Below, piece after piece: positions 1 through 8,987 of a DNA stretch of 64,000 nucleotides; within the stretch, counting starts at the first letter, position 1; each line of letters opens with the position of its first letter. A program made the translations under genes and the position numbers. The notes under the pieces are model-generated. The model worked only from the letters and a program-made list of their open reading frames with translations. It searched no databases and was not told where the DNA came from. The stretch lies in the sequence record NC_042098.1; one strand, 5' to 3'.

Positions 1-2
1 CA

Positions 3-758
3 ATCCACGCGCTGTTCAAGTTCGACCTTTACACCCATGTCAAAAATAAACTGGTACTCTCGGCCACCCTTGAGGCGGATGACCAGTTTATTAACGACAT
101 GTACTTTGTCATCTACCCGAATAAAATCAGGTTCCGTGGCGGCGAGTATGATAAGTACATCGAAGCGATTGCCTTGATGTATGGACTGGTGAGTAATAAG
201 AAGGTCAAGACCAAAGGCTTCGGCGGGACGTATAACCACGTCAAGTTTGAGCAAAGCATCATGAAAGACAAGCAGCTGTTGAAGACGTACCTTACGCTCA
301 TCAACAAAGTGTTCTCCTTCTTCTTTATTAAAGTGAAGGAACCCGAACAACGCTGCCTCATTTATTGTGCCACGGTCGAGATGTGTTTGTACGTGACGGA
401 TTATCTGAGCAGTATTCATGATACCCTGATCGTGCGTAAGTATACCCAGGAAGACCCGAAAGAATCGTTGTATGAATCTGACGTGAGTGTTTCGACACTG
501 AAGTCAGCCGGTACCGGTGTGGATATCCCAGGACTCCGCACTTGCATCATGACGATCGCGATTGGGTCACGGCAAGCCAGTGATCAGGCATTGGGACGAC
601 TGCGGCGGTTGAAAGACTACCCGGACACCATCCCGACGTTTGTTTACTTCGCCTGCACGGGTATCGAAGCACACATGAAATACCACAGCAAGAAACTCGA
701 ACTCTTCCCAGTGAAGACGTTGAGTCTGCGTGAGGTGAACAGCGGCTTCTCGTTATAA
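3..758 (+). CDS. SF2 (UvsW-like) DNA helicase, C-terminal part (gene begins upstream of window)
   Basis: Frame open from position 3; motif III (LSAT), motif V (TLKSAGTGVDIPGL), motif VI (QALGRLR); position matches the phiKZ gp75-type helicase upstream of the virion RNAP gene. Confidence 0.85.
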   Translation: MHALFKFDLYTHVKNKLVLSATLEADDQFINDMYFVIYPNKIRFRGGEYDKYIEAIALMYGLVSNKKVKTKGFGGTYNHVKFEQSIMKDKQLLKTYLTLINKVFSFFFIKVKEPEQRCLIYCATVEMCLYVTDYLSSIHDTLIVRKYTQEDPKESLYESDVSVSTLKSAGTGVDIPGLRTCIMTIAIGSRQASDQALGRLRRLKDYPDTIPTFVYFACTGIEAHMKYHSKKLELFPVKTLSLREVNSGFSL

Positions 759-769
759 ACTGACTGTGT

Positions 770-805
770 AAAAGACCAGGGGGCTTACTCCTTGGTCTTT
801 TATGC
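770..805 (+). terminator. Intrinsic terminator after helicase
   Basis: 14-bp stem AAAAGACCAGGGGG/CTCCTTGGTCTTTT (2 GU pairs), loop CTTA, followed by TATGC and a T-rich tract. Confidence 0.8.
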
Positions 806-842
806 TTTCTTTCCTTTTCTTTTTGTTAAGGATACACAGCTT

Positions 843-1169
843 ATGAATGGTAACCGGCCAGTAATGGTGATTGGCGGCATGGGGTTGAGTCCTGCATTGA
901 TTGAGCGCTTACGACAGTTAGACGACCTGGAGATCAAATTGGTGGCCGATGTGGCAATCAGCGATATCCTGGAGTTTGAACCGGGTTATGCTCGCGGATT
1001 GGTTCAGGCGATTCAGCATCAGCAACAACGTGAGTGGAATCCCTTCCGGGAAAGCTACTGGGATAACTTCATTACCCTGCGACGTAAAGAAGTCAACGGA
1101 CATACCCGCATTCCTCCCAAGAAAGCCACCTGCAGCTCCCGTCGTAAGGGACGGAGGTTCAAGGGATGA
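843..1169 (+). CDS. Hypothetical protein with basic C-terminal tail
   Basis: Track start 792 lies inside the terminator; ATG 843 follows AAGGA; ends SSRRKGRRFKG; ATGA overlap with next gene. Confidence 0.7.
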   Translation: MNGNRPVMVIGGMGLSPALIERLRQLDDLEIKLVADVAISDILEFEPGYARGLVQAIQHQQQREWNPFRESYWDNFITLRRKEVNGHTRIPPKKATCSSRRKGRRFKG

Positions 1170-1489
1170 GTGAGATCGATTATCGTGCATTGAAGTATTG
1201 TGTTACCAAGGTTAGTCGGCGTATCCGCGACGGGGATTCCCGTAACGCGTCACGTTGCCTCTTCCAGTATGTTGAGACGCACGCCGCATTACAAGACATG
1301 GCCGCCATTGATCGTCTTTTAGCACAGTGCCGAGAAAATAAGGTACCCCTAAAAGAGATCAACAAAGTCTCGTTACTGCGTGCATGCTCATGTTTACGCC
1401 CCCACCTTACAGAGTATCAGTCGTGCATGGACCTGTGGCGCCAGGACATTAAAGCGGCGGGTATGGAAAACTTATTAATAGGATTGTGA
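1166..1489 (+). CDS. Hypothetical protein
   Basis: 107-aa ORF, 4-nt overlap with upstream gene, GGAGG upstream. Confidence 0.7.
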   Translation: MSEIDYRALKYCVTKVSRRIRDGDSRNASRCLFQYVETHAALQDMAAIDRLLAQCRENKVPLKEINKVSLLRACSCLRPHLTEYQSCMDLWRQDIKAAGMENLLIGL

Positions 1490-1490
1490 T

Positions 1491-1853
1491 ATGTCTGATT
1501 ATTGTGCGGATATCTTTAAAGCGATCAGTTGCAAAACCCCCACCAAAGGCAGTGAACTCTACATCGATGATTTCGGTGATCTGTGGATGTTGATTCCCAA
1601 GCTTAACCGCTTCGGTGAGCAGTCAGTGTTTCGTCAGTATGCTGGTAACCTTGCGTTGATGGCTGACCGCGGGCAGATGTATCAGGGTCAGTTATATGTG
1701 TGTGAGTTGATCCCGGGATATCACTTGGTGTTAACCAACCAAGCCGTGATGGTCAACCAATACAGCCTGGTGCAGTATGTGAAGACCCGTGCTGCGAAAG
1801 TGGAAGCGCGCTACCGTAAGAAACCCAAGCCGATGAGCCGAGCTTACGCGTAA
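1491..1853 (+). CDS. Hypothetical protein
   Basis: 120-aa ORF abutting previous stop, AGGA SD. Confidence 0.7.
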   Translation: MSDYCADIFKAISCKTPTKGSELYIDDFGDLWMLIPKLNRFGEQSVFRQYAGNLALMADRGQMYQGQLYVCELIPGYHLVLTNQAVMVNQYSLVQYVKTRAAKVEARYRKKPKPMSRAYA

Positions 1854-1883
1854 GCAACCTGATTGACAAGAAAGGATAGACCT

Positions 1884-2393
1884 ATGTTCGAATGGTTCTC
1901 TGTGTTATTGATGAAGTGGTTGACCCGAAAGGAAAAGAAACACAACAGGACAGTGCGGGTAGAACCGGTGGTGTTTGAACCGCAACTCAAACCCACCCCG
2001 CAGCCGTTGAGCAACGCGTTAAAAGAAGAAGCGCAGCAGATTCGGGATACCCTGCTGTTTGAGTCGCCGTTGAATAAATCCCGACCGATCCCGACCAAAC
2101 CCACCTTACGGGTAGTAAGACCCAGTACAAGCTCCTCACGCCCACACGGTAAGGCGAACGATGACAGCATGCTAACACATGCCTTATTGATGCAGCAGGT
2201 GTTAGCAGACGATACAGCGCCGTCTGATCGTCATCATCGTACCCATGCCCCTCAGGATAACCACCGCCATGAAGACCGACCCTCGTACCATTCCACGCCC
2301 ACTCATCATAGCAGCCCTGGTAGTAGTCGCGATGATGATAACGGGAGTAATGATTACAGTAGCGGACCTAGTGACAGCGGTTCGTCTGATTAA
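1884..2393 (+). CDS. Hypothetical protein with His/Ser/Asp low-complexity tail
   Basis: ATG 1884 after AAAGGA; C-terminus DDSML...SSGPSDSGSSD. Confidence 0.7.
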   Translation: MFEWFSVLLMKWLTRKEKKHNRTVRVEPVVFEPQLKPTPQPLSNALKEEAQQIRDTLLFESPLNKSRPIPTKPTLRVVRPSTSSSRPHGKANDDSMLTHALLMQQVLADDTAPSDRHHRTHAPQDNHRHEDRPSYHSTPTHHSSPGSSRDDDNGSNDYSSGPSDSGSSD

Positions 2394-2432
2394 CACCTTC
2401 GATTAACCTTACGTAATAAGGAACGCCTCACC

Positions 2433-2672
2433 ATGACAGATCCCCACCCCATTCTCGCCGCAGCCATCGGAGAGCCCCAGGATGACGATTACTGGGACTT
2501 TCCGGGCGAGACTGTTGTTGGTCACGGTGATCTGATGTACACCAATATCCATAAACCCCAAGCATTATGGAACGGTGTTATTCGGTCACTGCAAAAACGT
2601 TTCCTTACCGAACCACCGAACACCCAAAAGGAACAGCATCATGTCGCACAAGAACCGCGCCCCTCAAATTAA
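2433..2672 (+). CDS. Hypothetical protein
   Basis: 79-aa ORF with TAAGGA SD. Confidence 0.6.
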   Translation: MTDPHPILAAAIGEPQDDDYWDFPGETVVGHGDLMYTNIHKPQALWNGVIRSLQKRFLTEPPNTQKEQHHVAQEPRPSN

Positions 2673-3435
2673 GTTAACCGGCATCAGAGATGGCGAAAAT
2701 GACGTCTATATCCCCGTGGCTGGATTAGGTATTGCTAATGCCGCTGGAATTACGTACGACCCCACCGCAATTAGTAGTGCGCTGGATAAGCTTCGAACTG
2801 ACAGGCGTTATTTCGATAATTTGCAAAGCCATCCGTATTATCAGCAGAACCTGTTTACGAAATACATTGGTCTGATACCTGATGACGCTGATTATCGCGG
2901 CACACCTGTTCAACGCCATCCGTTCATGCGTGAGATGGCATTGCGGTTTGGCATCGCGCTGGAATCAGTCAGACTCAACTCCCATCGTCAGACCGGTAAA
3001 TCGAATTTCATGTACTACCGCATGGTGCAGTTCCACAACCATTATCTGCAGGAAATGACCGATATAAAGGCAAGCAAGCCGATCCCTATTGACCTTACCC
3101 GTTACCTGAAATTAATAACCGGTAAGGATTTCTGGGAGAAGCCTGGCGTGGGTGCATGGGGTAGTGAGTTTACCGAACTCTATTTTCATAGACACCAGGC
3201 AGGTAGTGGTGGTAAGTCAATGTTCTACAACATGCTGCCGAGAATCAAACTGCATCTGGCTGGTATTCACGCAACTCTCGGTGGTCGACCGTGGATCTAC
3301 CACAATGTTGTCAGTCGTGGTCCTGCAGGTTTCTGGCCAGCCACAATAGAGTACGGTATGGCAAGCAACGGCCCGGCTATGACTGCTCAGCTTAACCGTG
3401 AGCGTATGATCAAACCTAAGAAAGGGAGAGCATAA
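2641..3435 (+). CDS. Hypothetical protein
   Basis: ATG 2641 after AAGGA; stop overlaps next start (TAATG). Confidence 0.7.
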   Translation: MSHKNRAPQIKLTGIRDGENDVYIPVAGLGIANAAGITYDPTAISSALDKLRTDRRYFDNLQSHPYYQQNLFTKYIGLIPDDADYRGTPVQRHPFMREMALRFGIALESVRLNSHRQTGKSNFMYYRMVQFHNHYLQEMTDIKASKPIPIDLTRYLKLITGKDFWEKPGVGAWGSEFTELYFHRHQAGSGGKSMFYNMLPRIKLHLAGIHATLGGRPWIYHNVVSRGPAGFWPATIEYGMASNGPAMTAQLNRERMIKPKKGRA

Positions 3436-4337
3436 TGGCTTTAGATCAAGAGTATTACGAAAAGGCATTAGCGGTGCTCGCTTCCAAAGGTTTCCCTGAT
3501 AAGGAAGCAGACGAAATTGCCACAACCCTTTCTGTCTATCTGCCTATGCGATTCATCAAGGCTGGTGAATGGGCGCTGTTGTCACAGGACGTGACACCCG
3601 TTAACTCGTTGGCGCTCAAGCACCTGGAGTTACTCGAAAGAATTCCTGAGTTAAAGAAGCCCATGATTCTTAAGATGCCGACCGATTTCACCTACACAAC
3701 CTACGGTCAGGAGTATTGTCCAGGTGCCGATGCACCCGTATACAAAACTGGCCCTGATGGTTACACACATCACCCGGTAGGCTGGGAAAGTGGAATTACT
3801 GGTGTGACGGGTATTTCTGGCGAGGATGGTGTTGAAATTGGCGGTGTTAAACCTGTACGTCATGATTTCAAATACGCGTTACCACCCGAGCTCGGTTTAC
3901 CGAAGGGTGTAACACCGGAACAAGCTAATTATCTGAAGCTTCATGACCTCAGTGATATCGAGGGGATCAAGCGGGCTTATCCAGATATAGATGAAGAGAC
4001 TGCTCAAAGTCTGTCGGCTATGCAGCGTAAGATCGACCAACGTTTAGGGCGTGCACATCGTGAAACACGCAACTCTGAAATGCTTGGTCAGCGGGCTCAG
4101 CAGCAGTATCGTGGTAGCTTGTTTGAGAAGTTCTTGATTGACGAACCGATCGGTGAACCTAAAGGCATGACCGTCAAGATCATGACGCACTCCATTCGCA
4201 ACTTCGGCCACGGGTTACAAATCAGCACACCGTTGTTTGGCCAGAGTCATAAATCTCCAACGGGCCCACAAACTATGCCGGGTCTTGAAAAGGGACGTAA
4301 TGGCCACGGCAAGCGTAAAAAGAAAGGTAAACGATGA
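3435..4337 (+). CDS. Hypothetical protein with basic tail
   Basis: 300-aa ORF, GGGAGA SD, ends GKRKKKGKR. Confidence 0.75.
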   Translation: MALDQEYYEKALAVLASKGFPDKEADEIATTLSVYLPMRFIKAGEWALLSQDVTPVNSLALKHLELLERIPELKKPMILKMPTDFTYTTYGQEYCPGADAPVYKTGPDGYTHHPVGWESGITGVTGISGEDGVEIGGVKPVRHDFKYALPPELGLPKGVTPEQANYLKLHDLSDIEGIKRAYPDIDEETAQSLSAMQRKIDQRLGRAHRETRNSEMLGQRAQQQYRGSLFEKFLIDEPIGEPKGMTVKIMTHSIRNFGHGLQISTPLFGQSHKSPTGPQTMPGLEKGRNGHGKRKKKGKR

Positions 4338-5116
4338 TTAACGGTAACACTGAGGGGTCATGGGAATCCCTCCTTAAATGGCATTGGTTTGAAGAGCGGT
4401 CAGCCCGACGGGAGCCAATGCATTTCGTGGTTGTCGATTACGATACGGGTAGTGAAGCCAAGGCGTTTCAGCAGCTGACTGAACTGGCAGAGAAATTGGA
4501 CTATGTCTCTGTTGAACGTATTGCGGCGGCTGACTTCACCCCTGCTCGTACCAGAGCGCTGAACGAGCGTGAAGGCGGGTGGCATTATTGTCATCTGATG
4601 GGGGAGTGTCGGTATGGCCGAGGTGGGATCATCATTGGTGAGGGTGGTGGTTGGACAGGCGCGCACGGTGGTGCCGGTGATGTCGGGATGGCTGCAACCC
4701 CTAATGATGGATCGATACTATACCAAACCGATTGCAATGATCCTGTGGTTGGCAGGCGTAAGTTTAAGACGGTGCGGGATGTCATGGAAAAGGCCAGTCC
4801 TTACGATTGGCCGGTAGAAATCTGTGTAGTGGGTAACCGGCGTGACCCAGAAGTCGTGGCATTATCCCAAGCTGTGTTCAAATCGGTGGGTAGTCGCAAT
4901 ATCAAAGTCACTGCCAAAACCCATCAGGAAATGATGTTTAACCAGCGCACACACCAGGTGGTTAATATCACGCCGGCGAAGTATCAAGCGGAGTTTGAAG
5001 CGGCTTACCAGGAAGCTTACATCAACGCTAACACGGTCTCGACCATGCCGGTACGCCTTGGCCCACGTGGACCGTTGCATTCGGTCTTGGCAACCCAACG
5101 CAAGAAACACTTTTAA
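4334..5116 (+). CDS. Hypothetical protein
   Basis: 260-aa ORF, ATGA overlap, Gly-rich central segment. Confidence 0.7.
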   Translation: MINGNTEGSWESLLKWHWFEERSARREPMHFVVVDYDTGSEAKAFQQLTELAEKLDYVSVERIAAADFTPARTRALNEREGGWHYCHLMGECRYGRGGIIIGEGGGWTGAHGGAGDVGMAATPNDGSILYQTDCNDPVVGRRKFKTVRDVMEKASPYDWPVEICVVGNRRDPEVVALSQAVFKSVGSRNIKVTAKTHQEMMFNQRTHQVVNITPAKYQAEFEAAYQEAYINANTVSTMPVRLGPRGPLHSVLATQRKKHF

Positions 5117-5143
5117 TCAGTTCCCCTCAACAGGAGAGTAACC

Positions 5144-5449
5144 ATGTGTAACATGCGATCGGATTGGTTTGTAGAAGACGAACCATCCATGCAGGAAAGT
5201 GATCCGCATTTCGATAACCACGCGATGGATGGCTTGATGGCAAAGATCCGTGACTTTGTTAAAGAGAGCGATGCAGCGACGTATGTGCCTCAGGCACTGT
5301 TTGGCGAAGCGGGTAAAGTCAACTTATCCAAAGTGGCAGCAGTAACCCGTCCGGTCGATCACCTCATTACCCTGAACCCAGTGGCCAATGACGGTGATGT
5401 GTATCTGGACTTCGCGCGAGGGAAGCGGCGTGGATACAAACCCCACTGA
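5144..5449 (+). CDS. Hypothetical protein
   Basis: 101-aa ORF, AGGAGA SD. Confidence 0.7.
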   Translation: MCNMRSDWFVEDEPSMQESDPHFDNHAMDGLMAKIRDFVKESDAATYVPQALFGEAGKVNLSKVAAVTRPVDHLITLNPVANDGDVYLDFARGKRRGYKPH

Positions 5450-5660
5450 AGTTAACATCGAGCAGGCCAATCGTTATGAGGGGTCTACCGATGATTTGGT
5501 CCAGCAAGCTAATGATCGTGGTTTTCTCCAGGGGATTCGTATCACTTCTGGCGAGGACATCGATCCAAGCATTTGGACACCTGAGAAGATCGAAAAGTTG
5601 AAAGCTGCACTTCGACATATTCGTGACTCAGAACAACGCATCAAAGGTAGCCAGGGGTAA
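5430..5660 (+). CDS. Hypothetical protein
   Basis: Probable GTG start at 5430 after GAGGGAAG; stop precedes or falls in terminator. Confidence 0.55.
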   Translation: MDTNPTEVNIEQANRYEGSTDDLVQQANDRGFLQGIRITSGEDIDPSIWTPEKIEKLKAALRHIRDSEQRIKGSQG

Positions 5661-5678
5661 CACCCTGGCTTTATGCCG
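5649..5678 (+). terminator. Hairpin terminator with TTATGCCG tail
   Basis: AGCCAGGG/CCCTGGCT 8-bp stem then TTATGCCG. Confidence 0.65.
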
Positions 5679-5698
5679 GTTTAACGAGGACGTGTAAC

Positions 5699-6154
5699 AT
5701 GGAATCGAGCGGTTTGATTACGCTGGCAATGGTCTTTTTAACCTTCGTCATTGGGTTATGTTGTTGGCTGACGCGTTTCATACGCTATCACACCAACCGC
5801 TACACCGTTGACACCAAGAAGGCGTTAAAGCAATTTGCCTGTAAGCTTGAAAGAGTACTGGATGTCCCGCAGCCGTATTCGCTGGCACAAAGCGAAATGA
5901 CAAGGCTGGATAATGAACTGAACGCTTCTCTCTTCCTCTTTGAAGAGATCACAGGGAAGATCCACGATGAAACCAGTCGACTGTACCTGGAGTCAAGTTT
6001 CATGGTGGTGCGCGGCACTCAACACGATACCCCGATTCGTATCTGTGTGGCGAACACAATCTTCAGCCTGTCAACGACTAACCACAATCACCACAGCGTC
6101 ATGAAGGTCATCAACGACTTTAATAACCGCTTGGCTAAAATTGTAGAAAGTTAA
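5699..6154 (+). CDS. Membrane-anchored hypothetical protein
   Basis: N-terminal hydrophobic helix GLITLAMVFLTFVIGLCCWL; GAGGA SD. Confidence 0.7.
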   Translation: MESSGLITLAMVFLTFVIGLCCWLTRFIRYHTNRYTVDTKKALKQFACKLERVLDVPQPYSLAQSEMTRLDNELNASLFLFEEITGKIHDETSRLYLESSFMVVRGTQHDTPIRICVANTIFSLSTTNHNHHSVMKVINDFNNRLAKIVES

Positions 6155-6156
6155 GC

Positions 6157-6191
6157 ACAGAAAAACTCAGACCTATATCACGCCCGTGATA
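6157..6191 (+). promoter_or_regulatory. Putative phage early promoter
   Basis: CACAGAAAAACTCAGACC-TATATCAC, 7/8 match to the phiKZ early consensus TATATTAC; recurs at 7456, 13831, 54048, 63927. Confidence 0.55.
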
Positions 6192-6229
6192 GACCCCTCA
6201 ACCCCCATTAATCTTAAGTGAGTTCAATC

Positions 6230-6670
6230 ATGAAATACGTTTACACTATTATCGCTGTTCTTGGTTTCTCTTTTGTGTCTGTTGCAGTTGCTGCAGATCA
6301 AACCAAAGTGGTGAAAGGCTGGTACGCCGAATACAACACGGCTTCGGTCCTGTATTCTGCTGGGCCAAAGAAAGGACAAGAATTGACTATGGAATGTGTA
6401 TTAGGTGGTTGGACGTTTGCGTATGCAGACAAGATGGGCGAGGAAGTAAACTCGGTCGATGATGACATGACAATCCTGGTCGACGGTGCAGCGTTTGCTG
6501 TGCCGAAGACGCAGAGTCAACGTGAGAAGTTATACGCCGCCATTCAGCATGCTAAGAGTGGTATTCAATACAAAACCCACGCCTATGGTGCGTCGGTAGT
6601 ATTCCCAGTGGATGGCTTGGCCGAGATGTTTCGTGACCTGCCGTTTGAAGTCAGCCCGTGCATGAGCTAA
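6230..6670 (+). CDS. Exported (signal-peptide) hypothetical protein
   Basis: MKYVYTIIAVLGFSFVSVAVAA resembles a Sec signal peptide; two Cys in the mature part. Confidence 0.7.
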   Translation: MKYVYTIIAVLGFSFVSVAVAADQTKVVKGWYAEYNTASVLYSAGPKKGQELTMECVLGGWTFAYADKMGEEVNSVDDDMTILVDGAAFAVPKTQSQREKLYAAIQHAKSGIQYKTHAYGASVVFPVDGLAEMFRDLPFEVSPCMS

Positions 6671-6686
6671 AAGGAAAACAATTGTG

Positions 6687-7385
6687 ATGGCCCCTACCAA
6701 ACAAATTAAACGCAGCTACCGTCTGATCAAAGTGACTGCCGATGTAACACGGGATAACTGGGTCGGGAAAGATATCGACTTCATTGTTCAGCCCAATAAA
6801 GACATGATCGACGACACCACACGTGGTGGGCCTAATCGCCTGCTCGCGACATACATCGTGCTGGGTAACCGTATTCCTGTAACCGTTAACAGCCATGCGA
6901 CCATTACCCGGGAAGAAGGCTTGCAGGATCTGCAGGTCAGTATTGTCGATGGTCAGTCAAACTACATTGACATCAGTAATGTGCGTTACGTCGTGTCGTG
7001 TGAGTTAGAAGAGCACTTCACCTACACTCCACCAAAAGAACCTTCGCTACTTGATCAGCTGGTTGGCGGACCAATGGGTGACCCAACCCATATGTTCATT
7101 ATCGATGAAAACTATAACGTCTTTGTCGGCACAACGAACGATTCACAGGAAGATTATACCTTGGCTGGTCGTCTGGTCAGTAACCTCGGTTCTCATGATG
7201 CTGAAGTTAATGATTTGGAGATTATCGGCAGTTATCCTGATGACCAAGGTGACCACTACTACGTCTCCATTGACTGGAACAAGTCATTTATTTCCGGGAT
7301 TTCCAACAACGAGAAATGCGAATGGTTTAACCAACTCGATGCACTGGTAGCAATGTTGCTGGAAAAGATTAAAGTTACAGTGTAA
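6687..7385 (+). CDS. Hypothetical protein
   Basis: About 232-aa ORF, AAGGA SD. Confidence 0.75.
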   Translation: MAPTKQIKRSYRLIKVTADVTRDNWVGKDIDFIVQPNKDMIDDTTRGGPNRLLATYIVLGNRIPVTVNSHATITREEGLQDLQVSIVDGQSNYIDISNVRYVVSCELEEHFTYTPPKEPSLLDQLVGGPMGDPTHMFIIDENYNVFVGTTNDSQEDYTLAGRLVSNLGSHDAEVNDLEIIGSYPDDQGDHYYVSIDWNKSFISGISNNEKCEWFNQLDALVAMLLEKIKVTV

Positions 7386-7393
7386 GTAATATC

Positions 7394-7427
7394 AGGCAGG
7401 GGGACTACTCTCTGCCTTTATTTTTTG
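7394..7427 (+). terminator. Intrinsic terminator
   Basis: AGGCAGGGGG-ACTA-CTCTCTGCCT stem (2 GU) plus TTATTTTTT. Confidence 0.8.
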
Positions 7428-7438
7428 TGGTATTCTGC

Positions 7439-7468
7439 CACAGAAAACTACTGGCCATACTACCAGTG
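7439..7468 (+). promoter_or_regulatory. Putative phage early promoter
   Basis: CACAGAAAACTACTGGC-CATACTAC shares the CACAGAAAA upstream block with site 6157; 35 nt before ATG. Confidence 0.5.
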
Positions 7469-7497
7469 GTATTCACTCAATAGACTGCGAGGAATAA

Positions 7498-8058
7498 ATG
7501 ATGTTTGATAAAATTGAAGGATTGGCTGATGTGATCGAGCTGAAGTACGGCTTGCTTGATATCACCTATCACCGCGATAACGACAAAGACCTCTATGTCG
7601 ATGTCTTTTATAAAGACACACGCTTGTCAAGCCGGCGTGACCTGACCGATGCCCTGGACTACGCTTATATCGGTGTGCGGTTGTGTAACCCTCAGTTCGG
7701 TGCCTGGTGTTACGGTGCTGAGCGTGAGTTGGTCATGTCGCATTTAATGGACGCATTGAGAATGGTGGGTAAGCCTGCACCCAGGGCGGTTGAAGACTCA
7801 CGGTTAAAGACAGGGATTCATCGTACCATTCAGCTGCTTGCCGAGAACGGTAACCTGCATCCGAAAGAGGATGATATCCGCATCACGATCCATCGTGCAG
7901 CACGAGTGGACTACGGTTCAACAGATACCATCGAAACAACCATCAGCATGACCAACCACGATATTACTATTAGTAAGCGACGGATTGAGTGTGTCAGTGG
8001 TGAGATGCGGGATTTACAAGCATGGGCGCGTAAGTTATATGCGAGACACTTTGAATAA
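7498..8058 (+). CDS. Hypothetical protein
   Basis: 186-aa ORF, GAGGA SD. Confidence 0.75.
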   Translation: MMFDKIEGLADVIELKYGLLDITYHRDNDKDLYVDVFYKDTRLSSRRDLTDALDYAYIGVRLCNPQFGAWCYGAERELVMSHLMDALRMVGKPAPRAVEDSRLKTGIHRTIQLLAENGNLHPKEDDIRITIHRAARVDYGSTDTIETTISMTNHDITISKRRIECVSGEMRDLQAWARKLYARHFE

Positions 8059-8068
8059 CGAGGTAGCT

Positions 8069-8470
8069 ATGGGTAGTGCGTACTGTAAGGTTGTGGCAAT
8101 CCACAGCATCTATGTACACAGTGCAGCGATGGAAGCGGTATCCGCTAAATACAGGAGCTGTTTTCGTTTGGCGTATAACTTTGTGAATGCTACGCAGTTA
8201 GCCCAACAGCTACGGCTTGCCGTGAAGAACAGCGAAATCCTGATTGTCGATACCAGTGACTTTACTCGCCGGGCACTTAACAATCTTAATGAGCAGTTCT
8301 ACTGCATCTATCCGGGTGAGGAACAACATTCCGATATGTCAATCAAGCATCAGCGTAACTGTCGCATGACGCCTGACTGTATTCATATCGAAATTCAAAA
8401 CCTCAGCGACTTTGAGCGCTTAAACTGGGAAGTTCGACCCGATGCAGGGTTAAGGATATCACGCCGTTAG
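8069..8470 (+). CDS. Hypothetical protein
   Basis: ATG 8069 after GAGGT SD (track start 7985 overlaps previous gene). Confidence 0.65.
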   Translation: MGSAYCKVVAIHSIYVHSAAMEAVSAKYRSCFRLAYNFVNATQLAQQLRLAVKNSEILIVDTSDFTRRALNNLNEQFYCIYPGEEQHSDMSIKHQRNCRMTPDCIHIEIQNLSDFERLNWEVRPDAGLRISRR

Positions 8471-8472
8471 AA

Positions 8473-8523
8473 CGGCATATAGGCCCTCCGTAATGGAGGG
8501 CCTTTTATGACATCTTTTTTTTT
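8473..8523. terminator. Bidirectional terminator between convergent genes
   Basis: AGGCCCTCC-GTAAT-GGAGGGCCT perfect 9-bp stem, flanked by CGGCATA and TTATGAC plus a long T tract. Confidence 0.85.
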
Positions 8524-8534
8524 GGTTTACAGCG

Positions 8535-8912
8535 TTATACCAGGCGCTGAGTTAACTGCGAACTATATTGAATAGCGTGATAGGTCGCAGGTTTCTCAAG
8601 CTGCTCGGTGCAGCGGTAGACTGGGGTCTTCATAAAAGGACAACCGGCATTCATTAATGCCTCACGGTTGCTGGGTGACTCATCAACGCGAATCACCACA
8701 TCCGTGGACTGGAAGCCAAAGACTTCCCGCTTCGTTGCAGTATATTCTGCATCCAGCACCACGATCTTACGGTTGATCACCAGCTTCACGGCCACCGGGT
8801 ATTTGATTACCAGGTCTGACCCTAAGCCCGCCAAGACAAACTTAATGACAAACTTCTTAAGTCCATTTAGCAACTGACTCTCACTGGCCCAACTTTTAAC
8901 AATCTGCAGCAT
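8535..8912 (-). CDS. Hypothetical protein
   Basis: Likely start MLQIVKSW at 8912 (alternative ATG 8930); stop at terminator. Confidence 0.6.
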   Translation of the reverse strand: MLQIVKSWASESQLLNGLKKFVIKFVLAGLGSDLVIKYPVAVKLVINRKIVVLDAEYTATKREVFGFQSTDVVIRVDESPSNREALMNAGCPFMKTPVYRCTEQLEKPATYHAIQYSSQLTQRLV

Positions 8913-8987
8913 GTGTGTATTTCCACTCATATAAGGGGAAGTTAAGAAAAGCAACCTGAGGGTCCGTCCGTGATCCCTCATAATGTA

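Noticed and set aside
792-842. Track start of the ORF at 792
   Set aside because: TTG lies inside a terminator stem; ATG 843 has the SD
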